A stretch of DNA of 50,446 bases, taken from the NCBI GenBank assembly GCA_040400605.1, contig JBBAPZ010000013.1:50289-100734 (forward strand). Reading direction: 5' to 3'. The translations under genes were made by a program, and so were the position numbers. Below the pieces are notes generated by a model. It was not told the origin of the DNA. It saw nothing but the letters and a program-made list of their open reading frames with translations, and did no database searches. Below, in pieces: positions 16,851 to 26,555 of this stretch. Position 1 is the stretch's first letter; every line of letters starts with the position of its first letter. The DNA comes from Candidatus Sericytochromatia bacterium. Lineage in GTDB: Bacteria; Cyanobacteriota; Sericytochromatia; S15B-MN24; JAQBPE01.

Positions 16851-18272
16851 GCCCGCCTGGTTGCGCGTGAGGGTTGCTACACACTCGATGTGGGCGGTTT
16901 GCGGAAACATGTCCACGGGTTGCACGCTTTCGGTGGCATAACCCAATGCGTCGAGCACCCGGAGATCCCGTGCCAGCGTGACAGGGTTGCATGACACATA
17001 AATGATGCGTGGACTGGCCAGCGCGGCGAGGGCTTCAAGGGCGTGTGTTTCGCAGCCCTTGCGGGGTGGGTCCAGTACCAGGACATCCGGGGTTTCGCGC
17101 AGGTGTTGGTGCTGGGTGAGCAAGGTTGTGACGTCTCCGACTTCGAAATGGGCACGGTCCGCCAGTTGGTTGTCAACGGCGTTGCGACGCGCGTCATCGA
17201 TGGCTGCCGGGACGATTTCAAGCCCGGTGACGTGACGGGCACCACTTGCTGCCAGATACAGGGCGATCGAGCCCGTCCCGCAATAGGCATCCAGTACGGT
17301 GGGCGCCTGGTCGCACTGGGCCGCGTGCGCAACGGTTTGGTACAACAGCGCCGTCATCGTGCTGTTGACCTGAAAAAATGATTGGGCCGAAATTGCCAGC
17401 TCAATCGGCCCGATGCGTTCACGAATGACGCCGGAACCAAAGACGACACGGGTGTCATCACCCAGTAATTTGTTGCCGGGTGCGGGGTGAATGTTGATGA
17501 TCAGGGTCGTGACGGTTGGCAATTCCAACCGTACCCGCTCACCCAATCGTGCCACCAGCTTGGGGTCATCGTGCCTGACGACCAGGCCGAGCATCGTGTC
17601 GTGGGTAATCTGGCTCGTTTTGGCGAAAATTGAACGCAACCACCCAGACCCGGTGCGTTCGTTGTAGGGCGCGATGGGCAGGTCCGCGAGGATGCCTTTG
17701 ACGCGTTCGAGGATGGTGTTGTTGATCGGCGCCTGAATGGCACAGGTATCCGTATCAACCAGCGCGTGGGTCCTTGGCTCATACAACCCCACTTGCCAAC
17801 TCCCCTCTGGTTTTGCAACCGCCCAATGCACCTTGTTGCGATAATGCCACGGGTCACTGCTCCCCAAGGTGTCGCGCAAACGACTGGTATCCGCCCAACC
17901 ACCGTGCCTGAGCAGGGCTTCGGCAACCAGACGGGTCTTCCATTCGACTTGCTGCCCGTAGTCCAGCATCTGCCACTGGCACCCCCCGCACTGCCCAAAG
18001 ACGGGACAAGGCGCAACGATGCGTTGTTGTGACGGTTCCAGGATGCGCTGAATCGTCGCACGGGCATAACCCGGCTTGGTGGATACAATGCTCGCTTCGA
18101 TGCGATCGCCTGGCACACCCTGCGGCACGAACACCGGCAATCCCTCGTAACGCCCCAAGGCTTCCCCCCCATTGACCAACGCCTCGAGCACCAATTCAAT
18201 CCGTTGACCGGGTTTCACAGGCGCTTGACGCGCGCCTGCGCGTTTTTGCCTGGATTGTCTCACTTGCGCCAT
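16824..18272 (-). CDS. rlmD: 23S rRNA (uracil-C5)-methyltransferase RlmD/RlmCD
   Basis: TRAM domain, CPVFGQCGGCQWQ Fe-S motif, SFFQVN, DAYCGTG, LDPPRKG, YVSCNP and VDMFPQTAHIE. Start ATG at 18272 after GAAGGGG. Confidence 0.95.
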   Translation of the reverse strand: MAQVRQSRQKRAGARQAPVKPGQRIELVLEALVNGGEALGRYEGLPVFVPQGVPGDRIEASIVSTKPGYARATIQRILEPSQQRIVAPCPVFGQCGGCQWQMLDYGQQVEWKTRLVAEALLRHGGWADTSRLRDTLGSSDPWHYRNKVHWAVAKPEGSWQVGLYEPRTHALVDTDTCAIQAPINNTILERVKGILADLPIAPYNERTGSGWLRSIFAKTSQITHDTMLGLVVRHDDPKLVARLGERVRLELPTVTTLIINIHPAPGNKLLGDDTRVVFGSGVIRERIGPIELAISAQSFFQVNSTMTALLYQTVAHAAQCDQAPTVLDAYCGTGSIALYLAASGARHVTGLEIVPAAIDDARRNAVDNQLADRAHFEVGDVTTLLTQHQHLRETPDVLVLDPPRKGCETHALEALAALASPRIIYVSCNPVTLARDLRVLDALGYATESVQPVDMFPQTAHIECVATLTRNQAGLGRRDTEQ

Positions 18273-18841
18273 TGCCACCCCTTCAATGATCGACGACGGA
18301 TTATCCGACAAAACGCCCGCATGGCACAGCACCGCTTCGTCACACAAACGCTCGCGGCCCGGGAAACGTTCCGGATGGTTTGCGCGCCAGGGAAAAGCGA
18401 TGCATAACGACAACAACGTGTCACGTACCTTTGGGTTTTCAAGCCCTGCCGCACGCCTGCAACGTCTCCATCATAACACCGCGGCACCCAGGCGCTTGAA
18501 ACAAAACCCCGACTGGCCAAGGCTTGATTCGCGGAATTGATGGTTCCCGTCCCTGATCGACCATGTATCAGATTGACGGATTGTTCGTTAAATATTCGTT
18601 GTGACCATGCCGGACGTAACACCCGACATCGGTCTGCCAACCGTTGCGTAGTGTTCTGATGGTCACCGTCCGATCGGTGAAATTGGTGGTTGGCCTTATC
18701 GATGCACCGGTTGGGTTTTATGATCACTTGGGTATACTGCCAACAAGATTGCCTAACATGATTGCAATCTCGATTTGAGATTTTTAAAAGAGTTGATCGG
18801 GTGAGCGTGTGGCCGTTCGTTGTTGAGGAGAGATTGGATCG

Positions 18842-19555
18842 ATGTCAGCCAAAATTTTAGTCGTGGATGACGAACCGTCCATCGTGAAAAGCATTCAGTA
18901 CAGTTTTGAAAAAGAGGGTTATCAGGTTGTGACGGCGCACGATGGTTTGCAGGCTTTGGAAGTTGCCCGCCGCGAGAAACCCAATTTGGCGGTGTTGGAT
19001 GTGATGCTGCCATCGCTGGATGGTTACGAGGTGTGTCGGCAATTGCGTCAGGAGATGCCGATACCTGTGATTATGTTGACGGCCAAGGGCGAGGAGATCG
19101 ACAAGGTGGTGGGCCTTGAAATCGGTGCGGATGAGTATGTGACAAAGCCTTTCAGTCTGCGTGAGTTGCAGGCGCGCGTGAAGGCCCTGTTGCGTCTGGT
19201 GACGCGTTACAGTGAGCAGAAACAGCAGCAACCGGACAAGATTGAGGTGGGTGATCTCATCATCGACCTGACGCGTCATGAAGTGACGCTGTCGGGGCGG
19301 GTGTTGAGTTTGACGCTCAAGGAGTACGAGTTGCTGAAACTGTTGGCGCTCAATGCCAATAAGGTGCTGTCGCGTGAGTATCTGATCGAGCAGGTGTGGG
19401 GCTACGATTTCACCGGTGAGGGTCGTACGGTGGACGTTCACATTCACTGGCTGCGAGAGAAGATTGAACGCGACCCCAATCATCCGGTACGAATCCAGAC
19501 AGTGCGGGGCGTCGGTTATCGCTTCGAGCGCCGGACGCGCCCCGTGGAAGCGTGA
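18842..19555 (+). CDS. OmpR/PhoB-family response regulator (WalR/PhoP-like)
   Basis: ILVVDDE, LDVMLP, MLTAK, GADEYVTKPF, RTVDVHIHWLREKIE and TVRGVGYRF. Confidence 0.96.
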   Translation: MSAKILVVDDEPSIVKSIQYSFEKEGYQVVTAHDGLQALEVARREKPNLAVLDVMLPSLDGYEVCRQLRQEMPIPVIMLTAKGEEIDKVVGLEIGADEYVTKPFSLRELQARVKALLRLVTRYSEQKQQQPDKIEVGDLIIDLTRHEVTLSGRVLSLTLKEYELLKLLALNANKVLSREYLIEQVWGYDFTGEGRTVDVHIHWLREKIERDPNHPVRIQTVRGVGYRFERRTRPVEA

Positions 19556-19562
19556 GTGACAG

Positions 19563-20969
19563 GTGATGGTTCAGGTACTGTTCGGTCGCATTATTTATCT
19601 GATTGTGCTGGCATTGGCGTGCAGTGCCATCCTCGCTGATTTGGTCGCGGCTTGGATGACCTGGCCCATTGCGGTTGCGCAGGTATTGGCGTCGCTGTTG
19701 ACGGTGGCATTTTTGGTGCCGATCACCGGCTACGTGCTGGTGCCGTTTGAGCGTGTGCTGGATGGCTTGCACGCGGTGGTCAAGGGCGAGGCGTGGCAAG
19801 CGCCGTCAAGGATCCGGATGGAAGAGGAACGCCTGGCGCATGCGGCGCTTGTCGCGCTCAGGCAACGCCCGGCTGCTGCGGTCCGCGTGCCTGTCGGGGT
19901 GTCTTTGTCCGCGGTTCTGGATGGTTTGAGTGAGGGTGTCATGGTGCTTGACACTCACATGCGCTGCCTCTACGCCAACGCGGCATTGAGTGCGCTGGCC
20001 GGGTTGGGGTCCACTGATGGTGCACAGGCAGCGGCTGATTGGCAGCGTGTGCTGCACGCGCGCACTTTTGTGCCGGAACAATTGGGACTCGTTGAAGACG
20101 AAATGCGGGCAAGGCCGGACATCCCGCGCACGGATATCATTCAGCTTGAGCGTCCCCGACAGTTTCTCAAGCGCTACAGCGCGCCTTTGTATCATGCCGA
20201 AGGCGGCCTGGAAGGTTTTTTGGTCAGTTATCAAGACATTACCCGCGAAGTGGAACAGGATCGGTTGCGGCAAGATTTTATTGCCAACGCCTCCCACGAA
20301 CTGCGCACCCCCGTGACGTCCGTGAAAGTGCTGCTTGAGAACCTGCAAGACGGCGCCAAGGAGGATCCCGGTTTAAGGGACGAGTTTCTGGCGGATGCGT
20401 CGCGCGAAATTGACCGGATGCACGATCTTGTGAATGATTTGCTGGACCTTGCCAAACTGGAGGCTTCCCGTAACCGTCTTGAGTATGCTTGCTTGCGGGT
20501 GTCGCCATTCATTCAGGATGCGGCGGCGTCGGTCAAAGCCCAGGCACGCGCGCGACAGGTGAGTGTGACCGTGGCGGTGACACCGGAAGACTTGACCTTG
20601 TGGGGAGATGGTCCCCGCTTGCGACAGGTGTTGGTGAATCTGGTTGCGAACGCCGTAAAATTCACTCCCCAGGGTGGGGTGGTGTCGGTGGTGGTCTCGG
20701 AAGAGGCGAATGGGGTGGAAATCACGGTGTCCGATACTGGCATCGGTATTCCCTCTGCGGACCTCCCGCATATTTTTGACCGATTTTTTCGTGTGACCCG
20801 TGGCCGTTCCCGCTTGCAAGGCGGCAGTGGTTTGGGGTTGACTATCGTCAAGCAGGTTGTGGATGCGCATCAGGGTGTGATCGTCGTCGAAAGCACGGAA
20901 GGCGTCGGCACGACCTTTCGCCTGAGCTTGCCCAATGTGATACCCGAGGTCGTGCCAGAAAGCGGTTAG
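19563..20969 (+). CDS. Sensor histidine kinase (2 TM, PAS, HisKA, HATPase; PhoR/WalK-like)
   Basis: H box ANASHELRTP, N box NLVANAVKFT, G1 box DTGIGI, IFDRFFR and G2 box GSGLGL. Confidence 0.95.
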   Translation: MMVQVLFGRIIYLIVLALACSAILADLVAAWMTWPIAVAQVLASLLTVAFLVPITGYVLVPFERVLDGLHAVVKGEAWQAPSRIRMEEERLAHAALVALRQRPAAAVRVPVGVSLSAVLDGLSEGVMVLDTHMRCLYANAALSALAGLGSTDGAQAAADWQRVLHARTFVPEQLGLVEDEMRARPDIPRTDIIQLERPRQFLKRYSAPLYHAEGGLEGFLVSYQDITREVEQDRLRQDFIANASHELRTPVTSVKVLLENLQDGAKEDPGLRDEFLADASREIDRMHDLVNDLLDLAKLEASRNRLEYACLRVSPFIQDAAASVKAQARARQVSVTVAVTPEDLTLWGDGPRLRQVLVNLVANAVKFTPQGGVVSVVVSEEANGVEITVSDTGIGIPSADLPHIFDRFFRVTRGRSRLQGGSGLGLTIVKQVVDAHQGVIVVESTEGVGTTFRLSLPNVIPEVVPESG

Positions 20970-21012
20970 GTCATCGTGTACGAAGGGCCTGAGTGTTTAG
21001 AGGGGCGGGCGC

Positions 21013-21954
21013 GTGATTCGGCACTTTGATGGCGCGTTGATCCAAGCTGTGAACGCGGCGCGTGAGGAGGCCTTGCGTCTGTCCGACGCGTGGGTGACCC
21101 CCGAACACCTGTTGTTGGGGTTATTGCATGAAACGGAGGGCTTGGCGGCGCGAAGCGTGCGCGCCATGGGCCTCACACAGCGCCAGGTGCGTGACGCCGT
21201 TGGGGCAGCATCAGGCGATGCCTGTGATGTGGTGCGTCATGAATCGTTGATGCCAAGCGCCGCGACCTTGGATGTCTTGGGCGTTGCGGCGCACTTGAAG
21301 CCGCGGCGGGTGCGAGCGGATGAAGTCTTTGAGGTGTTGCTTGGCGCAGGTTTTGTGCACGCGGTGTTTCAACGCCTTGGCGTCAGGCCTGCTGAGGTGA
21401 TCGATCACTTGCGGCGCTTGCGTGCCAAAGCGGGTCTGGATTCGGCGGATAGTGACGTGACGCTTTCGCTTGTCTGCATGGCCTCCTCTGAAGGCATGGG
21501 GGTTGAGTGTGATGATGCATCGCAGCCGTTGGGGCTTTTGTTGACGCGTGCGGCAAGCTTGGCTGCGCGACGGGGTTTGGTGCTGGTGGATACGGGGTCC
21601 TTGCTGGTTGCTTGCCTGCAAATGGCGGATGACGGGGGTTTGGCCCGTCGGGCGCTTGCTGCCTGGGTGGGCGAAGATGGGCTTGCGGTCATGGAGGCCC
21701 TGTTGGGGCAAGGCTCGGGATTGATGTTGGGCGTGCCTGTGTGGGGTTCGGATGTCCTGACCGTTTTGCGTCTGGCGGATCAACTGGCGCATCAGCATGG
21801 GTATACGGCGCCTGGTTGTGATGAGGTTTTCGCTGCACTGATCCTTGGCGCGCCGCCGGCTGCGGGCCTGTTGTTATCCAGATTGGGCGTATCCCTGACA
21901 TCCTTGCGCAGCCACTTGCCGCTGGGCCTCACCGAGGAGGCGACATGGGCGTAG
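21013..21954 (+). CDS. Stand-alone Clp N-terminal (Clp repeat) domain protein without ATPase
   Basis: AREEALRLSDAWVTPEHLLLGLL...AARSVRAMGL, followed by further degenerate Clp repeats; no Walker motifs. Confidence 0.75.
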   Translation: MIRHFDGALIQAVNAAREEALRLSDAWVTPEHLLLGLLHETEGLAARSVRAMGLTQRQVRDAVGAASGDACDVVRHESLMPSAATLDVLGVAAHLKPRRVRADEVFEVLLGAGFVHAVFQRLGVRPAEVIDHLRRLRAKAGLDSADSDVTLSLVCMASSEGMGVECDDASQPLGLLLTRAASLAARRGLVLVDTGSLLVACLQMADDGGLARRALAAWVGEDGLAVMEALLGQGSGLMLGVPVWGSDVLTVLRLADQLAHQHGYTAPGCDEVFAALILGAPPAAGLLLSRLGVSLTSLRSHLPLGLTEEATWA

Positions 21955-22000
21955 GCGAGAGTCGCTGCGTGTGCGGGGGCCTGGAACGGGTTTTGATGTG

Positions 22001-23611
22001 ATGGTGCGTTGCGGGTTGCACGCCAGTTGGTGCAGGTTTGCCTGGATGGCGCTTGTGTCGGGTTTGGCGTTGGGTGCCGGGGCGGTGACGGCGGCGCCTG
22101 CCGCGGTGACGGTGCATTTCACGCAAGAGCCTGACAACCTTAATCCGTATGTATCGACGTTGAATGCGACCGGGGCGATTGCAGGCCTTTTTTGGAACGG
22201 GCTGTTGGTCGTGCGACCTGACGGGCGTTACGAGCCGGAGCTGTCGGTGAGGGTTCCAACGCTTGAGAATGGCGATATCGTGTTGGATGCCAAGGGTATG
22301 CATGTGACCTACCGTTTGCGGCGCGATGTGTTCTGGCACGATGGCCGGCCATTGTGCGCGCAAGATGTGGTGGCGACGTATCGGATGCTGATGGATCCCA
22401 AGTTTCCTGCTTTGTCACGGGCGGGTTATGAACGCATTGCGGGCATGACCTGTCTGGATGCGCGGACGGTGGTGGTTCATTTTAAAACTCCCTATGCGCC
22501 GTATCGGGAGTTGTTTCCCTATGTGTTGAGCGCGCGACACACGGATGCCTGGCAGGCGTGGCCGATTGGCACCGGCCCTTATTGTTTTCGGCGTCGGGTG
22601 AGTGGCGATCGCATCGTGGCCTCAGCCAACGCACGCCACTTTCGCGGGCGTCCCGGGATTGAACGGGTGGTGTTGCGTTTCGTGCCCCATGACGGTGCCG
22701 CGTTGATGATGTGGCAAAGTGGCGATCTCGATGTGCTTCAGGGCGCCAGTCCCGCCCAATGGGGCCATTTGAGGGGTATGAAGGCGGGCGCGGTGTCTTG
22801 TATCCCGACGCCGATCGTTGAGCAGTTGGTGTTTAATTTGACGCATCCCATTTTGGGGGACCGGCGGGTGCGGCAGGCGATCGCCTACCTGGTGGATCGC
22901 CACGAGTTGAGTCGTCGTGCCTACAGCGGTGTATGCGTGCCGGCCTATTCGGAATTGCCGCCGTCTCACTGGGCGCATACCCAATCGGGGTTTGTACGTT
23001 ATGAACGGAATGTGGCGTTGGCGGAGCAATTGTTGGATGAGGCCGGTTTTAAACGCTCGGTAGAGGGTGTGCGCAAGCGTGGGCGCACAGCGTTGTCCTT
23101 GACTTTGCTGACGACGTCGGATCGCCCGAGTCGGGCGCTGGCCGCGCAATTGTGGCGACGTCAGTGGCGCGAGAGCGGCATCGACCTGAAAATTGAACGC
23201 TTGACACCCGGCATGGTCTTTGGTTCGATGGCGTCGGGTGGGCGTTTGGCCACCGGGACGTATGATCTGGCGTTGATAGCCAGCGCGTCGCGGCCCGATC
23301 CTGACACCAGCGTGCGCTGGCGTTCGGACCAGATGCCGCCTTTTGGTCAAAATCGGACACGCTATCGGTCACAAGCGGTGGATGCTTGGCTTCAGGCAGG
23401 ACAAACCACGATTGGGGATGCGCGCAGAAAGCCGATTTATCATGCGATCGCCCGGCAACTGAATCTCGATCTTCCAGCCTTGCCTTTGCTATATTGGATG
23501 AGCATTGATGCGGTCAGCCCGCGAGTCAGCGGTTTTTCGGCGAACGCAAACTTAAGAGGCAACCTTTGGAACATCTGGCAATGGACGCTCAAGCAGCCCG
23601 GCGATCGCTGA
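22001..23611 (+). CDS. ABC transporter substrate-binding protein, family 5 (peptide/oligopeptide)
   Basis: EPDNLNPY, LRRDVFWHDGRPLCAQDV, PIGTGPY and DRRVRQAIAYLVDR motifs; signal peptide. Start uncertain (21971-22046). Confidence 0.9.
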   Translation: MVRCGLHASWCRFAWMALVSGLALGAGAVTAAPAAVTVHFTQEPDNLNPYVSTLNATGAIAGLFWNGLLVVRPDGRYEPELSVRVPTLENGDIVLDAKGMHVTYRLRRDVFWHDGRPLCAQDVVATYRMLMDPKFPALSRAGYERIAGMTCLDARTVVVHFKTPYAPYRELFPYVLSARHTDAWQAWPIGTGPYCFRRRVSGDRIVASANARHFRGRPGIERVVLRFVPHDGAALMMWQSGDLDVLQGASPAQWGHLRGMKAGAVSCIPTPIVEQLVFNLTHPILGDRRVRQAIAYLVDRHELSRRAYSGVCVPAYSELPPSHWAHTQSGFVRYERNVALAEQLLDEAGFKRSVEGVRKRGRTALSLTLLTTSDRPSRALAAQLWRRQWRESGIDLKIERLTPGMVFGSMASGGRLATGTYDLALIASASRPDPDTSVRWRSDQMPPFGQNRTRYRSQAVDAWLQAGQTTIGDARRKPIYHAIARQLNLDLPALPLLYWMSIDAVSPRVSGFSANANLRGNLWNIWQWTLKQPGDR

Positions 23612-25215
23612 GACCTCTCCTCGTCGCGATGGTTATCGCGTGGATGATGGCTGTCTCGTCGACGGCGAACGCCGCCAAGCCAGGCACACTGGTCGCCATT
23701 GGCGGCGGTCCGGAAGACCCGTCTTTGATAATGGATGTGCTGGCCGTGGCGAACGGCACCAATAGCCGCGTGGTCGTTTTGAACACGGCCTCGGGTGACC
23801 CGGCCCGTTCCGGTCCCGTCTATGCACGTTTTTTTAGAGGCCTCGGGGTCTCCGATGTGACCGTGTTGCCATTGCTTGACAAGGATGATGCCTATCGTGA
23901 TACCAACCTGAGCCGTTTATTGAAAGCGGATCTCATCTACGTGACGGGCGGCAATCAGATCAAGCTTGTGCGGGCGATCGCCAACACACCGGCCCATGGG
24001 GCCATTCTGGCCGCCTTCCAACGCGGCGCGGTGGTTGCCGGCACCAGTGCCGGTGCCATGGTGTGGGGCCCCCGGTTTTTGGCGGGAGGGTCAAGTGAAG
24101 CAGCCTGGCGCTCGGACGACACCGGCAAGACAGCCGCCGTCGCGTTACAGGACGGCTTGGAGCTTGTGCATGAGGTCCTGGTTGACACGCACTTTGCCAG
24201 AGAAGGCCGAATTGGCCGCTTGTTGGCTGCGTGTTCGTTTAAAGGGTCCGCAGTGAGTGCTGATCGCTTGATCGGCGTGGGCATTGATGAAGGCACCGCA
24301 GCAGTGCTGACCCACGACCAGTTGCGCGTGTTCGGTAAAGGGCGCGTCACGGTTCTGGACCCCAAAGATGCCCGGATTGTCGTGAGCGAAGCCCGTTTGC
24401 AGGCCGCTCGTGATGTCACGATGCACATCCTCGGGCGCGGCGAAAGCCTGCGCTGGCGTCGTGATGAACGCGAAAAACGGCCGTTGCTGAATCAATCCAA
24501 CTGGGAACGCCCCCGATTGCTTGGTACCTGGCTCCAAGGTGGCACTGAGGGGTTTGTGACGCAAAGTCGTTGTCAGGCTGAGATCTTGGCGCAGGCCCCT
24601 GATGATACCTTGATTGTGGCGCCAGACGCGCTCGCTGCGGCGGCCCGGCAATGGCAAGGCTTGTTGCAGGCCAGGCCCACCGCAACGGCACGAGTTTTGT
24701 TGGCATCCCAGTTGTCTTCACCGCTTTTGGGTCGTTACTTGCCGCGGGTGGATGGCTTGATTGTCCTGGCGGATCGTCAAGGCGGCCTCGTGCGTGCACT
24801 CAATGCCGAGTTTGCAACGCTTTTGAAACAGCACGCTTCCCATTTGCGTTTACTTGCCATTGGCCCTGCGGTGACGTTGGTTGGCGAGAGCAACATGCAA
24901 CAAGGCGGAGAAGGCGCTGCGCTGTTTTCTGGCCTGCGCCTCATCCCAGGCATCATTCCTTCGGCGAACTTGTGGGCGCCGGGGGCGTTTGACCGGCTGA
25001 CGCTCGATGCGCTGCTCGCTGGTGGTGCAACAGCTATCGGTCTCGTCCCGGATGGCGGGGTGGCGATCGATCCCCAAGGCATTCGTGCCGGCGGCATCAG
25101 CCCGACCCTTATCATCGACACGAGTCAGGTCTCCATGGCCAACCCGTCGCTACCGTCCGCCCGCGACCTTAAACTTCACGTGCTACCGCCCGGCGAACGC
25201 TTCAATTGGCGCTGA
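23581..25215 (+). CDS. Secreted cyanophycinase-like peptidase S51 with second degenerate domain
   Basis: Signal peptide ending ...STANA, then LVAIGGG, YVTGGNQ, AGTSAGA (Ser), VDTHFAREGRIGRL (His) and GVGIDEGTA (Glu). Confidence 0.85.
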   Translation: MDAQAARRSLRPLLVAMVIAWMMAVSSTANAAKPGTLVAIGGGPEDPSLIMDVLAVANGTNSRVVVLNTASGDPARSGPVYARFFRGLGVSDVTVLPLLDKDDAYRDTNLSRLLKADLIYVTGGNQIKLVRAIANTPAHGAILAAFQRGAVVAGTSAGAMVWGPRFLAGGSSEAAWRSDDTGKTAAVALQDGLELVHEVLVDTHFAREGRIGRLLAACSFKGSAVSADRLIGVGIDEGTAAVLTHDQLRVFGKGRVTVLDPKDARIVVSEARLQAARDVTMHILGRGESLRWRRDEREKRPLLNQSNWERPRLLGTWLQGGTEGFVTQSRCQAEILAQAPDDTLIVAPDALAAAARQWQGLLQARPTATARVLLASQLSSPLLGRYLPRVDGLIVLADRQGGLVRALNAEFATLLKQHASHLRLLAIGPAVTLVGESNMQQGGEGAALFSGLRLIPGIIPSANLWAPGAFDRLTLDALLAGGATAIGLVPDGGVAIDPQGIRAGGISPTLIIDTSQVSMANPSLPSARDLKLHVLPPGERFNWR

Positions 25216-25216
25216 T

Positions 25217-26077
25217 TCAGTCGGGCTTCGTTTGAGACTTTTTCCACGCCAAGGCCAACCCGTACAGAAGGTCTCGCTTCACACCGTGACTTTTCATCAC
25301 GCTTTTGACTGCATCCGCCACTTTGGCTCCGCCCAGAAGCTCGCGTTGCAGCACTTCCTCAAAACCAGCCTTCGGTTGTTCCGCTACCTCCTCTGCCCCT
25401 TCGAGGATCAAGACAATCTCACCCCGCGGCGCGCAACACTCAAAATGCGCATGCAATTCGCGAATCGTGCCACGCACGAATTCCTCATGCACCTTGGTCA
25501 ACTCCCGCGCCACAACACCCCGCCGCGTGGGGCCCCAGATCACCAGCAAATCGCCTAACGTTTCAAGCAAACGATGGGGCGCCTCATACAACACAACGGT
25601 TCGGCCCTCCGATTGCAATGCCTTCAGTGCCCGCCGACGCAAACGCCCCTCGCGCGGCAAAAATCCCTCAAACACGAAACGCCCGGTCGGCAACCCCGAT
25701 GCCACCAGTGCCGTGACCAAAGCGGTCGGGCCCGGCACCGGACTGACCGTGATGCCAGCAGCAATCGCTTGCTGCACCAAATGCTCGCCCGGATCACTCA
25801 CACCCGGCATACCTGCATCACTGATCACAGCCACCGCCTCGCCCCGCTGCAAACGCGCCAATAAAGCCGACTCCTTGGCACGCGCATTGTGCGCGTGATA
25901 ACTCACCAACGGCGTCTCAATCCCAAAATGATTGAACAGCTTGCGCGCTTCACGCGTATCCTCCGCCGCAACGACATCAACCGCACGCAACAGCTCGCAC
26001 GCACGCGCACTCCAGTCACCCAGATTCCCAATCGGCGTCCCAACCAGATATAACACCCCGCGTCGCTCAAGTGCCAT
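25217..26077 (-). CDS. rsmI: 16S rRNA (cytidine1402-2'-O)-methyltransferase
   Basis: LYLVGTPIGNLGD, AAEDTR, ISDAGMPGVSDPG, FEGFLP, YEAPHR and RELTKVHEE. Confidence 0.97.
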   Translation of the reverse strand: MALERRGVLYLVGTPIGNLGDWSARACELLRAVDVVAAEDTREARKLFNHFGIETPLVSYHAHNARAKESALLARLQRGEAVAVISDAGMPGVSDPGEHLVQQAIAAGITVSPVPGPTALVTALVASGLPTGRFVFEGFLPREGRLRRRALKALQSEGRTVVLYEAPHRLLETLGDLLVIWGPTRRGVVARELTKVHEEFVRGTIRELHAHFECCAPRGEIVLILEGAEEVAEQPKAGFEEVLQRELLGGAKVADAVKSVMKSHGVKRDLLYGLALAWKKSQTKPD

Positions 26078-26204
26078 CACAACCCCACCAGTCAACCCCA
26101 CTTCCCCCCAACCATACCACCCACCGCCACTCACAGACGAGCACCCTCACCCAGGCAGATTAACAACGATTCAATGTCTGATAAAATTCAGTCAGCAAAT
26201 TGGA

Positions 26205-26233
26205 TTGACAGTCGAGACGGGGTTTGTTATATT
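26205..26233 (+). promoter_or_regulatory. Sigma70-type promoter of tRNA-Gly
   Basis: TTGACA (26205-26210), 17-nt spacer, TATATT (26228-26233) preceded by TGn. Confidence 0.8.
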
Positions 26234-26270
26234 AGTTTCACATTGAGCGCAGTAGTCGGTGCTCAAAAAC

Positions 26271-26342
26271 GCGGGAATAGTTCAGTGGTAGAACACCACC
26301 TTGCCAAGGTGGGGGTCGAGGGTTCGAATCCCTTTTCCCGCT
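26271..26342 (+). tRNA. tRNA-Gly (GCC)
   Basis: Acceptor stem GCGGGAA/TTCCCGC, D arm GTTC-AGTGGTA-GAAC, anticodon arm CCACC-TTGCCAA-GGTGG, T loop GTTCGAATC. CCA is not directly encoded. Confidence 0.97.
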
Positions 26343-26354
26343 CTCCAAAATTTG

Positions 26355-26389
26355 AAGAGACGCTGCAGGTTTTGCGGCGTCTTTTTTTT
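26355..26389 (+). terminator. Rho-independent terminator after tRNA-Gly
   Basis: Hairpin AGACGCTGCA-GGTTT-TGCGGCGTCT followed by a T tract. Confidence 0.85.
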
Positions 26390-26555
26390 GTGGGGATTGC
26401 GTGATGGTTGGCAAATTGTGCCCATCGTTTGTTTAAAATTAAACTTTTCATAATGATTTAAACGCAACATTTGCCACTGTATGGCCGATATGACGATAGG
26501 GTTGGCAGTTGTTCCTGAAACAAGGTGGTTTGCAGTGAGGGAAGGAGTATCCACG

